10,495 nt of DNA from Octopus sinensis (taxonomy: Eukaryota). Of the stretch, positions 8,441 through 10,495 are shown piece by piece. The notes below the pieces were generated by a model that saw nothing but the letters and a program-made list of their open reading frames with translations, made no database searches and was not told the DNA's origin. The stretch lies in the NCBI RefSeq assembly GCF_006345805.1, contig NW_021827401.1, positions 1-10,495 of the forward strand. The letters run 5' to 3'. The position numbers and the translations under genes were made by a program. Each line of letters starts with the position of its first letter. Within the stretch, counting starts at the first letter, position 1.

Positions 8441-8454
8441 TCAACGGAATTTCC

Positions 8455-8750
8455 GTTTTCTGTTATACCCACATCATTTTGATTACCACAAGTCTTATGG
8501 GCTTTCACTTTCAATAATTTTTTAACATCGGAGATACTTTTCTGAACAAGAAAACGGATATTGAAATTATGTATAATTAGGTTCCATCCACCACGAGGGA
8601 TTCTTCCAAATCTCCTCTTAGCCGAATCAACAACAGAAGATATCCACTCCAATTTGCCGTTAGAATGTGTTTCAGTTATCAATGATTTAAGGGGAAGCAA
8701 ATGCGTTCGTGAAGGTTCAATTAAGGATCATTGCAAATTTCAGGCGTTCC
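8455..8750 (-). mobile_element. Probable N-terminal domain of the copy C retrotransposon ORF, separated from it by the MULE
   Basis: ORF 8407-8700 (EWISSVVDSAKRRFGRIPRGGWNLIIHNFNIRF) is on the same strand and upstream of C. It resembles an RxPRxxW helix I recall from N-termini of related microsporidian-type RT proteins (unverified). Its last 15 or so codons run into the MULE TIR. Confidence 0.5.
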
Positions 8751-8849
8751 ATGTAGCCCTGAAGACACGTTTCCAACTTCTGATTGATTATTATTATTTG
8801 TATTTTGCATAGGAAGGCCCTCAGGATTTGTTTGTCTTCTAGTCGCTCC

Positions 8850-10010
8850 ATCCTCTATTCGCAAAGTGATTCAGATAGGCAAGCCCACCTCTTTCCCTTG
8901 GTGATAAATTTCTCTTATTCGCTGACAGGCAGGGGCGATGTTAAAGACATACTAATTTGGTGATAAATTTCTCTTATTCGCTTGTCCAGTTTGAACGTTC
9001 TTTCCCATGGTTCAACCCTGTTTCTAAAAGAAACAATCATGCTCTCAAGGGTCTTCTTTATAGTGAGCGATTGAATGTATGCGTGCGTTCTCTCACTGAT
9101 TTTAAGCGAACGTGCATATTTCAGGAATTTTTGAGTAACCAGCCCATCCCATGTTAATACAATGGGTACTATCTTCACTTTTGCATGATATATTAATTCC
9201 AGCTCTTTGGATAGGAAGTCATATTTCCTTATTTTTTCGATCTCCACTTGCTGTAAGTTTTGGGAAGATGTGATCACAACTTTCACAAACAAAATTTGAT
9301 TCCTTATCTTGTCGAAAACAAACAAATCGGGTTTGTTATGTTCGACGACGATGTCGGTCTTTATAAATGTGTTCATTCTGATTTCAATCTTTGCATTTGA
9401 CTATACAGATTCTACCGAGTGTTTTTTAAGCTTTTTATCATTCTTGAGTCCGAACTCTCGACAAAAATAAAAGTGGATGCATCTCACCACTTCATCGTGC
9501 CTCCTGACATAATCCCCATGTAACATCTTCTCACATCTGGTGGCACAGTGATCGACGGTCTTCTTTCATCTTATGCAGTGAGAACACATTGAGTTATGTT
9601 CTGTAAAGAATTTCACTATATTTAAACCATTTTTATTTTTGTCTCTGGATTTTTCTATTTGGAATCCGGCGTTCCTTTTAATTTATTTATTTCAAAAATA
9701 TAGATACTGAATAAATTACACATACAAATGCTTCCCAATCACTCATAGATTGTATTTTGGATTCTCTGTTTCCAATTCGATTTGATTGAAATTCGTTGAT
9801 ATACAAATTGCGCGAAATATATCAGGGTTGAAATATCTTCAATACCTGTAGGTAGATTCTTTGATTCAATCAATGTTTTATTTATCATTTCAATTATTTC
9901 GTGATTTACATGTTATATCTTTTTTGTTTGTGGCCTCGCATTGATTGGTTTAGATTTATTTTCAACATCTTGATTTAATAATTCTTCAGACACCTTGTTG
10001 GTGTCAAATC
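8850..10010 (-). mobile_element. Non-LTR retrotransposon copy D: CCHC + RLE end, probably joined to an N-terminal piece with the RT deleted
   Basis: MCSHCIR-stop-KKTVDHCATRC (about 9590-9535), RRHDEVVRCIH and ORF 8915-9376 (KPDLFVFD..EKIRKYD..VLTWDG..HAYIQ..KKTLES). Upstream 9740-9975 reads NARPQTKKI..EDISTLIYFAQFVYQRISIKSNWKQRIQNTI, resembling the N-terminal W-x3-(I/T)E-x-KI segment of C. No RT motifs lie in between. The RLE part is firm; the N-terminal part is tentative. Confidence 0.85.
8898..8982. repeat. 26-bp perfect direct repeat flanking a 33-nt insert
   Basis: TTGGTGATAAATTTCTCTTATTCGCT at 8898-8923 and 8957-8982; unique spacer 8924-8956. Confidence 0.95.
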
Positions 10011-10094
10011 AGGAAATTTATCTTTTATTTTTTTATTTTTGGTAATTTCACTTTTATTTTCAAAATATTTCATAACAGAATGAAAAGTTCATTT

Positions 10095-10365
10095 TCTAGA
10101 TAACAAAGATAGTTTTTGAAGAATTTTGACACTATTTTGTCCCAGATCATAACGACAGGGACGATCTTTACTTTTGCCCGGTAGATCGCTCCCAGTTCAT
10201 TTGCCAGCAAGTCCTATTTGTGTAACTTTTTCACTTTAATCTGATTGAAACAATTTTGTGAAGTGATTCCCACCTCGATAAGAGTAATTTTGTTCCTCGA
10301 TTTGTCATGAACAAATATGTTTGGCTTGTTATTCGGGGTGAACAATTATAAAGCATCAATTCCAA
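10095..10365 (-). mobile_element. Non-LTR retrotransposon copy E: RLE fragment
   Basis: A frame absent from the ORF track reads PNNKPNIFVHDKSRNKITLIEVGITSQNCFNQIKVKKLHK-stop-DLLANELGAIYRAKVKIVPVVMIWDKIVSKFFKNY, clearly homologous to the RLE of C and D. Confidence 0.92.
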
Positions 10366-10379
10366 AAAATGAATTTTAT

Positions 10380-10495
10380 TTCGTTCATTGATTGAATGAT
10401 TCGCCGTGGTAGTTAAGTGTTTATACTCCGGACACATGTTCTCCAGTTTTTTAATTACATTTGTCTGAACATAAGCACGTGTTGAATCCTGGATT
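10380..10495 (-). mobile_element. Non-LTR retrotransposon copy F: C-terminal end, continuing beyond the window
   Basis: IQDSTRAYVQTNVIKKLENM matches copy D SERTHAYIQSLTIKKTLESM, the segment that follows the RLE core. Confidence 0.75.

Larger units (their letters stand above)
7598..8454 (+). mobile_element. MULE (Mutator-like) DNA transposon remnant: internally deleted transposase plus right end
   Basis: GEIFYRKDSG..RYVIFCS..WVIDGTFKSV(S/P)NQF is the first catalytic Asp region. After a deletion come WSCFHRVLKSMPRTTNSLEGWHK (catalytic Glu motif) and a C-terminal tail to TAA 8318-8320 with one internal stop at 8138-8140. The second Asp and CxxH region are missing. A structured terminal region spans 8372-8454. 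Confidence 0.88.

Noticed and set aside
9850-9960. Gypsy pol-like reading (KPINARP..MINKTLIESKESTY)
   Set aside because: No downstream LTR-type RT motifs; it fits better as the N-terminal region of non-LTR copy D.
4505-10216. Non-standard genetic code (TAA/TAG as sense) to explain in-frame stops in TE ORFs
   Set aside because: The stops replace different expected residues (Tyr, Gln, Trp, Leu; TGA for Cys), coexist with frameshifts, and the host gene has no internal TAA/TAG and ends in TAA. Ordinary decay explains them.
8014-10437. ORFs 8014-8214 (-), 8561-8812 (+), 8957-9157 (+) and 10231-10437 (-)
   Set aside because: Shadows or off-frame readings of the MULE and of retrotransposon copies C, D, E and F.
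1-10495. Canonical microsporidian host
   Set aside because: The TEs are reminiscent of microsporidian ones, but nine introns in one housekeeping gene and an animal-like protein do not fit intron-poor microsporidia. Host identity remains an inference.

Overview
AT-rich eukaryotic genomic DNA, not prokaryotic. The left 2 kb is compact host gene space. It holds a complete 10-exon Rab geranylgeranyltransferase type II beta subunit gene (RABGGTB/BET2, minus strand, 330 aa once spliced) with nine GT-AG introns, seven of them only 25-28 nt. A probable 67-aa spliced micro-gene starts 54 nt after its stop codon. The protein looks animal-like and the introns are tiny but apparently at conserved positions, which suggests a miniaturised animal parasite such as a dicyemid or myxozoan (inference). 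The remaining 8.3 kb is nested transposon debris. At least six fragments (A-F) of one family of restriction-like-endonuclease (RLE) non-LTR retrotransposons all lie on the minus strand, mostly head-to-tail, and copy C is nearly intact. A MULE transposase remnant sits inside copy C. The most striking object is a 909-bp TGT...ACA element (2551-3459) with terminal inverted repeats and a perfect 5-bp target-site duplication (TATTT). Removing it restores the reading frame of RT copy A. It carries a telomere-like array, (GGTTAGGGTTTGGGTGAA)x6 plus variants, fused to a remnant resembling an integrase C-terminus, so it may be a non-autonomous Ginger-like transposon carrying telomeric repeats. All translations and alignments were done by hand; family assignments rest on recognised motifs, not database searches.
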